Shown: positions 1-9,822, counted from the stretch's first letter. The stretch: DNA of 55,871 nucleotides from Pyrinomonadaceae bacterium (GCA_013816505.1 JACDEG010000001.1:1-55871); one strand, 5' to 3'. Notes: a model not told the origin generated them from the sequence alone. Numbers and translations are program-made.

Positions 1-2
1 GA

Positions 3-1046
3 AATGCGTTGCTGCGAAAGAAACTGGTCGACGTTACGGCCTCGGACCGCGCTTACGCGACGAGTGTCGGGTTCACGTTGCCCTCCGGCCCCGATGCCGT
101 GTATCCCGGCTTCGGCGGTCAAACCGGTAGTTCACTACTCGAAAGATCGGTGGCGCAGTCACTCAGGCCGTTCCCGCAATACGGCAACATCAACAACCGC
201 CTCGAAAGCCAGGGGCAGAGTTTCTACAACGCCCTCAAGGTCGAACTACAACGTCGCTTCACCGACGGCATTCAGTTCGGCGCGTCCTACACCTTCTCGA
301 AACTTCTCACTGACGCGGCGGAAGACTTGTACGGCGGTTCCGCGCTGACAGGCATTTTGCAGAACCCGGCTGACCGGCGCTCGTTGCGCTCGCTCTCGCC
401 GGGCGACGTTCCGCACTCGTTCGTCGTCAACTATCTTGTCGAGTTGCCGTTTGGCAAAGGTAAGCGTTTCCTGAATCAGGGAGGATTCGTTGACCGCCTC
501 GTCGGCGGCTTCCAAATCAGTGGCATCCAACGCTATCGTTCGGGAACCCCGATTGCCATCTTCATCGGCGGTGGGCGACGGGAGTTTTTGGATTTGCTCG
601 GTATCGGCGGCAACGTGCGCCCGAACCTCACCGGGCAACCGGTCTTCACTGACAATCTGGGTGGCGGATCTGATTTCTTCCGCTACTTCAACCGAGCGGC
701 GTTCGCTCTCCCTACCGACTTTAGAGGCACTACAGCGGCTATTGGAAGCGCCGAGTATCGCGCGTTCTACGCCAACCCGTCCGTGTTTCTCGGCACCGCT
801 GCGCCGACGTCTAATGATCTGCGCACCAAACCGTTTTTTAGTGAAGACTTGAGCATCCTCAAGAAGACACGCATCACCGAAACGACCGCAATCGAATTTC
901 GCGCTGAGTTCTTCAATTTGTTTAACCGCAGTCGTCCCATCGCGCCGGGGGCTAACTTTGACGCCGGCAACTTCGGCGACTCAGGATTCTTCGCTGACAT
1001 CTTCCAGCCGCGTCGTATCCAACTCGGAGCGCGGTTCATATTCTAA
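3..1046 (+). CDS. TonB-dependent outer-membrane receptor, C-terminal beta-barrel part (5' end outside window)
   Basis: The frame is open from the window edge. It shows an alternating beta-strand pattern and ends ...RRIQLGARFIF with the terminal aromatic residue typical of OM beta-barrels. A GC hairpin follows. Confidence 0.7.
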   Translation, partial: NALLRKKLVDVTASDRAYATSVGFTLPSGPDAVYPGFGGQTGSSLLERSVAQSLRPFPQYGNINNRLESQGQSFYNALKVELQRRFTDGIQFGASYTFSKLLTDAAEDLYGGSALTGILQNPADRRSLRSLSPGDVPHSFVVNYLVELPFGKGKRFLNQGGFVDRLVGGFQISGIQRYRSGTPIAIFIGGGRREFLDLLGIGGNVRPNLTGQPVFTDNLGGGSDFFRYFNRAAFALPTDFRGTTAAIGSAEYRAFYANPSVFLGTAAPTSNDLRTKPFFSEDLSILKKTRITETTAIEFRAEFFNLFNRSRPIAPGANFDAGNFGDSGFFADIFQPRRIQLGARFIF

Positions 1047-1072
1047 CCACGAGGCTTGACTCAACCGGGCGG

Positions 1073-1103
1073 CGCGGGAAGGTACAAAATCGAACTTCCC
1101 GCG
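1073..1103 (+). terminator. Hairpin downstream of receptor gene (cgcgggaag / cttcccgcg, 9-bp perfect stem)
   Basis: A perfect inverted repeat lies 27 nt after the stop. There is no clear U-tract, so terminator function is only plausible. Confidence 0.4.
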
Positions 1104-1161
1104 TCGTTCGTGCTCACAGGCTTTAAAATTTACTTGCTGAAGTGATCGCTCGTAACGAATT

Positions 1162-2834
1162 ATGAACGCCGCCTGTTCGCCACGCCGCGTCTTCGTTTTA
1201 TTCGTCCTCTTCGCGCTCGCCGGCGCGATGCGAGAACGCGGCGCAACATGTCAGACGCAAACCCCTCGCACCTCAAGCCGCGTCGCCGCACGCTCATCGC
1301 AGCGCGCTGCCGTTAACGACAAATTACTCGCCGAAGGTATCGCCGCCTTTGAGCGTGGCGACACATCCGTTGCGCGCGATCTGCTCGAACGTGCGCTCGC
1401 CTCTGATTCGCAGAGCGTCGAAGCGCACACATACCTCGGTGTGCTCGCTGACCAAGCAGGCGAACTCGGTAACGCTGAACGTCACTTCGCCATCGCCGCG
1501 CTCCGCGCTCCAAAATCACCATCAGCGCGTAATAACTACGGCGCGATTCTTCTCCGCTTGAAGCGCACGCGGGAAGCCACCGCCGAGTTTGAGGCGTCGC
1601 TCAGCCTCGACCCGAATCAAGCAAACGCGCTCGTCAACCTCGCGCAGATTCGTTTCGCGGGCAACACTTCCGAAGACATGCGCGTCGCCGCCGAACTCTT
1701 CCGGCGCGCCGACGCACTCGCGCCTGACGCCGAAATCTCGCGCGCTCTAACCGGCATCGCACTGCGCCGCAACGACCGCACGCAAGCCGCTGAGCATTAC
1801 CAGAATTACGCGACGCGGGCGGCAACTGCGAACAGTGGCAGTGTGACTGATTCAGCCGCACGTGCCGAACTCGGCGGCGCACTCTTGGAAGCCAAATTAC
1901 TCGCGGAGGCGGAAGCAGAACTGAAGGCCGCGCTCGCGCTCGACGCGACGAACACGGCGGCAGTCGCGCGTTTGGCGCGCGTTTATCTGATGCGCAAAGA
2001 TATTCCGGCTGCGGGCCGCACGCTCGAAGCGGCAGTCGCGCGCCAAGTCGAGGCCGCGCCGATTTACTCTCTGCTCGCCGTGGTGTACGAGAAGAGTGGC
2101 CACATCGAAAACGCCATCCCGGCGATGCGGCTCGCCATCCAAGCCGATCCGCAGTCTGATAAATACCGCTTTCAATATGGCCTTCTGCTGGCGAACGCGG
2201 ATGCACCCGCCGCCGCCGTGATTCGCCTCAACGAAGCGTTGCAAACATTTCCGAAGCGCGTCTGTGGCTGGGGTTGGGAATAGCTAACTCCAGATTGGGC
2301 AAGAACGACGAAGCGGTCCAAGCCTTCAATCGCGCCATCGAGTTGAACGCGAATTTCGCACAGGCTTACGCTTATCTGGGAATGACGCGCGTCGAGATCG
2401 GACAGTACGACGAAGCGATCAGGCTTTATGAGCAGGCGCTGCGAAAAGACCCCGACATCGCCGTTGTTCACTACCTCATCGCCGACACGCTGCTCAAGCA
2501 GACCGACGCTGATCCCAAGCGCATCGAAACGCATCTCAAGCAGACAATCCGAATGGACGCGACTTACGCCCCGGCGCGGCTCGCTTTGGGCAAGCTTTAT
2601 GTGCGCACTGATCGCCCGACGGAAGCCGTCGCTGAGCTTGAGAGCGTCGTTAAAATTTCTCCCGATTTAGCCGAGACCTATTATCAACTCGGACGCGCTT
2701 ACGGGCGGCTCAAGCGCCCGGAAGACGCGCGCCAAGCGTTGGCGAAGTTCAAAACATTAAGCGACACACAGAAGCAACAGGAACAGGACGAGCGCCGCGA
2801 GATTGTGCATCGTCTGGCCGACGTGCTTTTCTAA
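1162..2834 (+). pseudogene. Secreted TPR-repeat protein, split by an apparent 1-nt frameshift near 2248-2252
   Basis: ORFs 1162..2283 and 2274..2834 both encode TPR repeats (AHTYLGVLADQAGELGNAERHF; AYAYLGMTRVEIGQYDEAIRLYEQAL). The frame of the second ORF read upstream gives SEARLWLGLGIANSRLGKNDEA. That directly continues ...LNEALQTFP of the first ORF. The N-terminus is hydrophobic and signal-like (VFVLFVLFALAGA). Confidence 0.65.
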
Positions 2835-2896
2835 AATCTGAAATTCGTGCGGGCAAAATTCCACTCCTCGCCCGGCGCTCTAAGAATTCGGGAACA

Positions 2897-3625
2897 ATGA
2901 TGAATTGCATAAATCAGTTTCGGATGACGAGTGACCGCGCGCGTGTCGCAATCTTTGCGCTCTCGTGTCTGTTCACGATCCCGGCGGGCCTCGCGGCGCA
3001 GCAAACTTCTAATCCTCCAAGCAATCAGTCGACGTCAGCCCCGCCGGCGAACGTGCAGCGGTGGGAGGATGATTTCAGCGGCGACAAGCTGGATGAGGCA
3101 AAATGGGAGCGTTACTCACTGGAAGGCGGGGCCGGGAAGATTGCGGTCAGCGATGGACAATTACAACAGCGCGGCACCAACAATTCACGCGCCGGCGTGC
3201 GCACCAAAAACACCTTCGATGCCGACCGATTCGTGGTCGAAGCGACGGTGGCGAAAGTGGGCGTCAGATACCCGGAGCTGGGCAGCTCAGGGCCGCCGCC
3301 GGGGAACGCCATCGTCACTGTGCTATTTGGCGGCAGAGCTGATCGCATCGAGTGGCTGATGACGAGCGAGGGCAGGCTCGAAGCGTGGCTGATGCGCGAC
3401 GATAAAAGCGAGCGTCTCGACAGCAAAAGTCTCGGCACGCGAGAGAAGTCACCGCGTCTCGCCGTCGCGCGACGCGGCGACCAAGTGTATTTCATGCTTA
3501 ACGGCCAAACCGGTTTGGAGAAGACAATCAAGTCGCTGCCCAGCACTTTCAGCGTCATGCTCTACGGCTTCGGGTCTTCGGAGAACAACTGGGACTCCGT
3601 CACGGTGCAGACACTGAAGCGGTGA
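2897..3625 (+). CDS. Secreted hypothetical protein, possibly concanavalin-A-like lectin/glucanase fold
   Basis: It has a signal-like N-terminus (VAIFALSCLFTIPAGLAAQQ). The segment WEDDFSGDKLDEAKWERYSLEGG..IAVSDGQLQ resembles the start of LamG/DUF1080-type beta-sandwich domains. The family assignment is tentative. Confidence 0.45.
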   Translation: MMNCINQFRMTSDRARVAIFALSCLFTIPAGLAAQQTSNPPSNQSTSAPPANVQRWEDDFSGDKLDEAKWERYSLEGGAGKIAVSDGQLQQRGTNNSRAGVRTKNTFDADRFVVEATVAKVGVRYPELGSSGPPPGNAIVTVLFGGRADRIEWLMTSEGRLEAWLMRDDKSERLDSKSLGTREKSPRLAVARRGDQVYFMLNGQTGLEKTIKSLPSTFSVMLYGFGSSENNWDSVTVQTLKR

Positions 3626-3727
3626 TTCTTGATGCGTACCGAAAGTCATGTCCTGATTGAATCTCACACGTGCCCGCTGAGGTTCGCTCGGTCGGGTAGA
3701 TATTCCAGGCCGGGTGCGCCTACTGGC

Positions 3728-5131
3728 ATGCAGGTCTCGACGCCGCCGTTGCGAACGGAGAGGCGACGCATCGGGCGTGCGTTCGCCGGGAAATTCGTGC
3801 TCTTCTTCGCGGCGGCGATTTTGCAGTTCGCCAGCGACGAGGTAAAAGCGCAGCCCGTGACTTTCACGAACCCAATCGTCAAATCGCAGAGCGCGGCCGA
3901 CCCGTGGATTGTGTATCACGGAGGATGGTACTACTTCACCGCGACGCTTGATCCGTCTGGCGGTGTGTGGGTGTGGCAATCGCGGACGCTCGCAGGTCTC
4001 GACGAGGGGAAGAAGGTTAAGGTGTACGACGCGCCGGCAACAGGAATGCGTAGTCGTCAGATATGGGCGCCCGAACTGCATCGCTTGGACGACCGTTGGT
4101 ATGTCTACTTCACGGCGTCGGACGGCGTAGACGAAAACCACCGCCTCTACGTTCTGGAGAGTCGGGGCGCCGACCCGCTCGGCCCGTACACACTCAAAGC
4201 GCGCTTGTATGATTCGACGAACGACGGATGGGCGATTGACCCGACAATCTTGCGCGCGCGCGACGGAAAGCTTTACTGTTTGTGGGTCGCGCACGTTCCC
4301 GGCAACGGTAATGGCATCCGCATCGCGCCGATGTCGAATCCGTGGACGATCAAAGGCGCGAGTGCGCTTATCGCCGCCACCGACTACGACTGGGAGCGCG
4401 TGCGCTACCCGATCAACGAAGGCCCGGTGGCGCTCGAACGCGATGGAAAGCTATTCATCGTGTACTCAGCGAGCGACACGGGCACGCCCGACTACGCTTT
4501 GGGCTTGCTGACACACATGGGCGGCGACGTGATGAACGTCAAGTCGTGGAAGAAGTCACCGCACCCCGTGTTCAGCCGCCACTCTGGCCCGGACGGCAAT
4601 GTGTACGGCCCAGGTCACAACGGCTTTTTCAATTCGCCGGACGGCACGGAAGATTGGATCATTTATCACGGCAAGGAAACCGCTGAGTATACCTACGAAA
4701 ACAGAACCACGCGCGCCCAGAAATTCACGTGGCGCGCCGACGGCACACCCGACTTCGGGCGTCCCATACCGCGCGGCGTCGCCGTGCGTGCTCCCGCGGG
4801 CGAAACCAGGATCAGCGTGATAAGGCCAAACGTCGAGGCAGTGATGAAGAAGAAAGCGTTGATAGCCGGTAGTCGCGCCTTTGCGGGCGGTGCGGGGACG
4901 TTCGGCGCGGCGTTGCTAAATGTCGGCGGCGGCGCGACGCAAGCCGTACACGCTCAAACGGCCGCACGTTTCGAGAAAGTTCTGACCTCCTTTGCCGATC
5001 ACGTCGGGCGCTGCTCGGCATCGAGCATGTTCACGCGCAACGTAAGCAGTACGAACAGGCGCGCCAAGCTCTCGAACGAGTGGTGGCGCTGCAACCCGAT
5101 TTCGCGAAGGCGCACTACCATCTGGGACTGA
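3728..5131 (+). CDS. Glycoside hydrolase family 43 (arabinofuranosidase/xylosidase type); reading frame lacks a stop at the expected end (~4820)
   Basis: GH43 propeller motifs are present: ADPWIVYHGGWYYFTAT, IWAPELHRLDDRWYVYFTASDG, NEGPVALERDGKLFIVYSAS. A signal-like segment follows ATG 3728. The catalytic domain ends around 4800. The ORF then runs in frame through the start of the next gene to 5131 (see findings). Confidence 0.8.
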   Translation: MQVSTPPLRTERRRIGRAFAGKFVLFFAAAILQFASDEVKAQPVTFTNPIVKSQSAADPWIVYHGGWYYFTATLDPSGGVWVWQSRTLAGLDEGKKVKVYDAPATGMRSRQIWAPELHRLDDRWYVYFTASDGVDENHRLYVLESRGADPLGPYTLKARLYDSTNDGWAIDPTILRARDGKLYCLWVAHVPGNGNGIRIAPMSNPWTIKGASALIAATDYDWERVRYPINEGPVALERDGKLFIVYSASDTGTPDYALGLLTHMGGDVMNVKSWKKSPHPVFSRHSGPDGNVYGPGHNGFFNSPDGTEDWIIYHGKETAEYTYENRTTRAQKFTWRADGTPDFGRPIPRGVAVRAPAGETRISVIRPNVEAVMKKKALIAGSRAFAGGAGTFGAALLNVGGGATQAVHAQTAARFEKVLTSFADHVGRCSASSMFTRNVSSTNRRAKLSNEWWRCNPISRRRTTIWD

Positions 5132-5286
5132 CCTACGCGCGGCTCGGTGACAAAGAAGCCGCGGTGCACGAGACCGAGTTGGCGACGAAGCTGGAGCGCA
5201 AACAAAAGCAGGCGGAGCGAGTCGTGCTGCGTCTGCTGGACGGAGACTCGAACAACCGCGCGGCGCAAGACGGCGTGAAGCCGTGA
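4844..5286 (+). pseudogene. Small secreted TPR protein, apparent 1-nt frameshift near 5006-5008
   Basis: GAGG lies 7 nt before ATG 4844. MKKKALIAGSRAFAGGAGTFGAALL is signal-like. The frame changes at gtcgggcgctg. The downstream frame reads ALLGIEHVHAQRKQYEQARQALERVVALQPDFAKAHYHLGLTYARLGDKEAA, which is canonical TPR. Confidence 0.55.
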
Positions 5287-5371
5287 TGTCAGCCGGACTG
5301 TGAAATCCTCGACGAGATACTCGACGCCGAACCCTCGATGCAAGCGGGTCATCTTCGACACCAACAATAGA

Positions 5372-7429
5372 ATGAAGTCCTCAATGAAAACGCGGTTAAG
5401 AGTATGCTGCCTGCTGCTCACCAGCTTCCTCTTCAACGCACCCTTTGGCCCGGCGGTCACAGCCACAGTCGCGCAGACCGGCGGCGCCAAGCCCATCGAT
5501 TCGCCAATCGTCAGGAATCGAAATCCGCTTCCGCCGAATGCGCTCTACCCGTTGCCGCTGACCGCGATTAAACCGCGCGACTGGCTGCGCCGGCAGTTGC
5601 AGACGCAGGCGGCGGGACTAACCGGCCAACTCGACGAATTCTGGCCTGACCTCAGTTCAAATAGCGCATGGCTCGGCGGCGCGGGCGAGGGTTGGGAGCG
5701 CGGCCCTTACTACCTGGACGGACTCGTGCCGCTCGCCTACCTGCTCGACGATTCAAAGCTGATTGCGAAGGCCAATAAGTGGGTCAACTGGACGCTCGAA
5801 AATCAGAGACCCGACGGTTCCATCGGCCCTGAAAAGAATAAAGATTGGTGGCCGAACATGATTATGCTGAAGGTGCTGACGCAGCACTACGAAGCGACCG
5901 GCGACCGGCGCGTGCTTCCGCTGATGCAGCGCTACTTTAATTATCACGCCCGCCACGCCGGGGAGCGTCCGCTACACGAGTGGGCGATCCCACGGTGGGG
6001 CGAGGAAGTTCTGAGCATCCTGTGGTTGTATAATCGCACGGGCGACCCCCAACTTCTCAGCCTCGCGCGCACGCTGCGCCGCCAGGGCTTCGACTGGAAG
6101 CAACACTTCGCTGATTTCAAGTTTCCCGACAAGACCAGCAAAGAACAACTCGGCCTGCGGCAGGACATGAGCAACACGACGCCGCTCTCGATGCGAGTTC
6201 ATGGCGTCAACAACGCGATGGCGATGAAATACTCTGCGCTCTGGTCGCTCGTCTCCGGTGATGCGACTGATCGTCACGCCATCTACCAAATGCTCGGCGA
6301 ATTGGACAAGCACCATCTATTGCCGAACGGGATGCACAGCGCCGACGAACATTACGCCGGACAGAATCCGTCGCAGGGCGTCGAGTTATGCGCCGTCGTC
6401 GAGACGATGTTCTCCTTAGAGCACGCGCTCGCCATCGTCGGTGATACGGCGCTCGGCGACCGTCTGGAAAGAATCACCTTCAACGCGCTGCCGGCGACTT
6501 TTTCCGGCGACATGTGGGCGCACCAGTATGACCAGCAACCTAATCAGGTGGCGTGTAGCATCGGGCCGCGCGACTGGACGACAAACGGGCCGGAGTCGAA
6601 CGTCTTCGGACTCGAACCAAACTTCGGCTGCTGCACCGCAATCATGCATCAAGGCTGGCCGAAGTTCGTCGCCAGCATGTGGATGCGGACGCGCGACGAC
6701 GGACTCGTCGCCATCGCTTACGCGCCGAGCGAAGTTCAAACAATCATCAGAGGCGTGCGCGTCCGCGTGACCGAAGAGACCGAGTACCCGTTCCGCGATC
6801 AGGTTCGTTTCGCGGTTGACCCTTCGTCGTCAATCACATTCCAGTTCCAACTCAGAATCCCGGCGTGGGCCGATGGCGCGATGGTCTCGGTCAACGGCGG
6901 GAAGTCGGAAGACGTGAAGGCCGGCGTGTTTCACACCATCATGCGCCGCTGGAAGAAGGGCGACCGTGTGGAGTTGCCGTTGCCGTTGCGCACGCGAACC
7001 TCGCGTTGGTATCAAGACTCAATCGGCATCGAACGGGGGCCGCTCGTCTTTTCCCTTAAGATCGGCGAAGACTGGCGGCGCATCACGAAGGGTATGCACA
7101 AGCCCGCCCCGTCGCCGGCGTCGGACTGGGAAGTTCTGCCGACGACGGCGTGGAACTACGGCCTGATCATCGACCCGTCCAACCCCGAACAGTCCGTCGA
7201 AGTAATCCCGAAGCCGCTCGGAGACATTCCGTTTTCTGCCGCGGGCGCGCCTGTCGAACTCCGCGTCAAGGGTCGGCGCATTCCCGGCTGGACGCTAGTC
7301 AACAACTCCGCCGGCCCGCTGCCGCCAAGTCCCGTTGACAGCCGCGAACCAATCGAGACGTTGACTTTGATTCCGTACGGCTCCGCGAAGCTGAGGGTCA
7401 CGGCCTTTCCGCAAGTAGCCGGGCGATGA
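5372..7429 (+). CDS. GH127/DUF1680-family glycoside hydrolase (beta-L-arabinofuranosidase-like)
   Basis: A signal peptide follows ATG 5372. GVELCAVVETMF (Glu-x-Cys) and NFGCCTAIMHQGWPKF (Cys-Cys) match the Cys/Glu cluster remembered for HypBA1-type GH127 enzymes. The roughly 685-aa size fits. Confidence 0.7.
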   Translation: MKSSMKTRLRVCCLLLTSFLFNAPFGPAVTATVAQTGGAKPIDSPIVRNRNPLPPNALYPLPLTAIKPRDWLRRQLQTQAAGLTGQLDEFWPDLSSNSAWLGGAGEGWERGPYYLDGLVPLAYLLDDSKLIAKANKWVNWTLENQRPDGSIGPEKNKDWWPNMIMLKVLTQHYEATGDRRVLPLMQRYFNYHARHAGERPLHEWAIPRWGEEVLSILWLYNRTGDPQLLSLARTLRRQGFDWKQHFADFKFPDKTSKEQLGLRQDMSNTTPLSMRVHGVNNAMAMKYSALWSLVSGDATDRHAIYQMLGELDKHHLLPNGMHSADEHYAGQNPSQGVELCAVVETMFSLEHALAIVGDTALGDRLERITFNALPATFSGDMWAHQYDQQPNQVACSIGPRDWTTNGPESNVFGLEPNFGCCTAIMHQGWPKFVASMWMRTRDDGLVAIAYAPSEVQTIIRGVRVRVTEETEYPFRDQVRFAVDPSSSITFQFQLRIPAWADGAMVSVNGGKSEDVKAGVFHTIMRRWKKGDRVELPLPLRTRTSRWYQDSIGIERGPLVFSLKIGEDWRRITKGMHKPAPSPASDWEVLPTTAWNYGLIIDPSNPEQSVEVIPKPLGDIPFSAAGAPVELRVKGRRIPGWTLVNNSAGPLPPSPVDSREPIETLTLIPYGSAKLRVTAFPQVAGR

Positions 7430-7489
7430 GATTTAGGATTTGCCGAATCAAGCCTTGTGAGTGGTGTTTGAAAGTTACGTGAAGGAAGG

Positions 7490-7658
7490 GTTGAGTGTGA
7501 TGCAAGTTAGGATTTAACACAGAGACACAGAGGACACACAGAGGACACAGAGAAATGCGTTGAGAGACGTGTTCTGTCTTCTGTATTCTTTCTTCCGTGT
7601 CCTCTGTGTCTTCAACTCTGTGTCTCTGTGTTAAATCCGTCTGACGCTTCCACTCAAC
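7490..7658. repeat. Long imperfect hairpin element A (arms of ACACAGAG(G) tandem repeats)
   Basis: ggatttaacacagagacacagag (7510-7532) is perfectly complementary to ctctgtgtctctgtgttaaatcc (7616-7638). The arms extend with gacacagaggacac repeats. Outer gttgagtg (7490-7497) pairs with cactcaac (7651-7658). Confidence 0.8.
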
Positions 7659-7705
7659 TGTAGCTTGCTCTACAACCTGACATCAGACGAGTGCCAAAAA
7701 CATCT

Positions 7706-9559
7706 ATGCCGACATCAAAAAGAATTTTCTCCAACCTGCTGCTCGCCATTCTGTGCTTCACTGCCATCGATACGTGGGCGCAGACTTCAGCCGTCCCGCG
7801 CCCCGAATATCCGCGCCCCGATTTCGTCCGCGCCGATTGGCAGACGCTGAACGGCGCGTGGGAGTTTGAGTTTGACGACGCGGATCGCGGTCTCGCCGAA
7901 CGCTGGTACGCGACGAGCGGTCAGCGTTTCGGCAAGACTATTCAGGTGCCATACGCTTTTCAGAGTAAGTTGAGCGGCATCGGCGACACTTCGTTTCATG
8001 ACGTGGTGTGGTATCGGCGGGCAGTGCGAATTCCCGAAAACTTTCGGCGCGATGCGCGGCGCGTGATGCTCAACTTCGGCGCGGTCGATTACGAAGCGAC
8101 GGTGTGGGTCAACGGCGCGCGCGTCGGCGACCATCAGGGCGGTCACGTTGGTTTTGGCCTCGACATCACCGACCTGCTCAAAGCAGGTGATAACCAGATC
8201 GTCGTGCGCGTCTTCGACCCTTCGACGGACCGGACGATTCCGCGCGGCAAGCAGTATTGGAAACCCAATTCGGAGATCATCTGGTATACGCGCACCACCG
8301 GCATCTGGCAGCCCGTGTGGCTCGAAGCGGTCGCGCCCGTTCATGTCGCGCGTCTGCGCATCACGTCCGACATTGATAATTCGCAGGTGCAGATCGAAAC
8401 CATCCTGAACAAGCCCGCGCCGCCGGACACGCGCCTGCGTCTGAGCGCGAGTTTGCGGGGCGAGGTGCAGGCGCGCTCCGAGTTCGCGGCGATTGCGACC
8501 GGCGGCGCGCATCCCGCGACGACGCTGAAACTCGACCGTCAGGAAACGTGGAGTCCGGAACGCCCGACGCTCTACGATCTGGACGTTGAGGTGGTCGGCG
8601 CGAACGGGCAGGTGCTCGATAAAGTCGCAAGCTACTTCGGGCAGCGCAAAGTGAGCGTGCATGACGGGAAAATCTACCTCAACAACTCACCGTATTATTT
8701 GAAGCTGGTTTTGGATCAAGGCTACTGGCCGGAAAGCGTGTTGACGCCGCCGACCGACGAGGCTATTCAGTACGACATCAAGATGACAAAAGCGTTCGGC
8801 TTCAACGGGGCGCGCAAGCACCAAAAGGTCGAAGACCCACGCTGGCTCTACTGGTGCGACAAACTCGGACTCGTGGTGTGGGGCGAAATTGCGAACGCCT
8901 TCGACATTTACACAGACGATTATGTGCGCCGCTTCACGGACGAGTGGCAGCAGGCCGTGCAGCGCGATTACAACCACCCTTCGATCATCGCGTGGACGCC
9001 GATCAACGAGAGTTGGGGTGTCAACCGCATCCTGACCGACGCACAGCAGCAGGCGCACGCTAAGACAATGTACTTTCTGACGCGCTCGCTCGATTCGACG
9101 CGGCTCGTACAGGACAACGACGGCTGGGAGCACACCGATGCAACCGACATCTTCGGCATCCATGACTATGCGCGCACCGGCGAGGAACTAGCGGCGAAGT
9201 ACAAAGTCCTGGAGACCGATCCGACCACCGTTCCGCGCAATGGCCGGGAAGCGCTGGCGCACGGCTATAAGTACAATGGTTCTCCGATTGTGTTGACAGA
9301 GTTCGGTGGCATCGCGTACCGGATGAACGCGCCGAAGGCAGCGAACGAGTTCGGGTACGGGAACACCGAGCCGACCAAAGAAGCTCTGCTTGTGAGACTC
9401 GACGGCCTTGTGAAGGCGTTGCGGTCGAACAAAATGATTGTCGGTTACTGCTACACGCAACTCACTGATGTCGAGCAGGAGATCAACGGGTTGATGACGT
9501 ATGACCGGAAGCCGAAAGCGGACCCGGCGGAGTTCGCGCGAATTTTCAATCAACGTTGA
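7706..9559 (+). CDS. Glycoside hydrolase family 2 enzyme (secreted)
   Basis: A signal peptide follows ATG 7706. VPRPEYPRPDF...WQTLNGAWEFEFDD marks the GH2 N-terminal sugar-binding domain. FGAVDYEATVWVNG is also present. The acid/base region is YNHPSIIAWTPINES and the nucleophile region is IVLTEFGG. Confidence 0.8.
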   Translation: MPTSKRIFSNLLLAILCFTAIDTWAQTSAVPRPEYPRPDFVRADWQTLNGAWEFEFDDADRGLAERWYATSGQRFGKTIQVPYAFQSKLSGIGDTSFHDVVWYRRAVRIPENFRRDARRVMLNFGAVDYEATVWVNGARVGDHQGGHVGFGLDITDLLKAGDNQIVVRVFDPSTDRTIPRGKQYWKPNSEIIWYTRTTGIWQPVWLEAVAPVHVARLRITSDIDNSQVQIETILNKPAPPDTRLRLSASLRGEVQARSEFAAIATGGAHPATTLKLDRQETWSPERPTLYDLDVEVVGANGQVLDKVASYFGQRKVSVHDGKIYLNNSPYYLKLVLDQGYWPESVLTPPTDEAIQYDIKMTKAFGFNGARKHQKVEDPRWLYWCDKLGLVVWGEIANAFDIYTDDYVRRFTDEWQQAVQRDYNHPSIIAWTPINESWGVNRILTDAQQQAHAKTMYFLTRSLDSTRLVQDNDGWEHTDATDIFGIHDYARTGEELAAKYKVLETDPTTVPRNGREALAHGYKYNGSPIVLTEFGGIAYRMNAPKAANEFGYGNTEPTKEALLVRLDGLVKALRSNKMIVGYCYTQLTDVEQEINGLMTYDRKPKADPAEFARIFNQR

Positions 9560-9613
9560 GAACAGTTTTCAGTTTTGAGTTTTCAGTGTTCAGCTCAAAA
9601 CTGAAAACTGTTC
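9560..9613. repeat. Hairpin element B: perfect 20-bp stem built from GTTTTCA/GTTTTGA heptamers
   Basis: gaacagttttcagttttgag (9560-9579) is complementary to ctcaaaactgaaaactgttc (9594-9613), with a 14-nt loop. It begins 1 nt after the GH2 stop (9557-9559). There is no U-tract. Confidence 0.85.
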
Positions 9614-9633
9614 AAAATTCACAGGGCCAGCGA

Positions 9634-9822
9634 ATGACGCAGCACGATACAAAGCAAGCGCACCACGACGGCACCACGATGCACCGCCGCCGCATCACGC
9701 TCAACGACGGGCGGTACATAATCTTCTATACCTTCGACGGGGCAACCGCGCCGCTTAACACAGGAGAGTCGGCACCGCAGCCTGAAGCAAAGCCGGTGGC
9801 CGAAGAGGAGCGTCGTGTCTGA
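9634..9822 (+). CDS. Small ORF matching the N-terminal extension of long-form GalT proteins (separate frame from galT)
   Basis: MHRRRITLNDGRYIIFYTFDG resembles the TRLADGRELIYFD-type N-terminus I recall in actinobacterial GalT. It ends 8 nt inside the galT ORF, in a different frame. Confidence 0.45.
   Translation: MTQHDTKQAHHDGTTMHRRRITLNDGRYIIFYTFDGATAPLNTGESAPQPEAKPVAEEERRV

Noticed and set aside
9556-9633. N-terminal extension of the small ORF (MRTVFSFEFSVFSSKLKTVQNSQGQR)
   Set aside because: This part is the translation of hairpin element B. The plausible start is ATG 9634.
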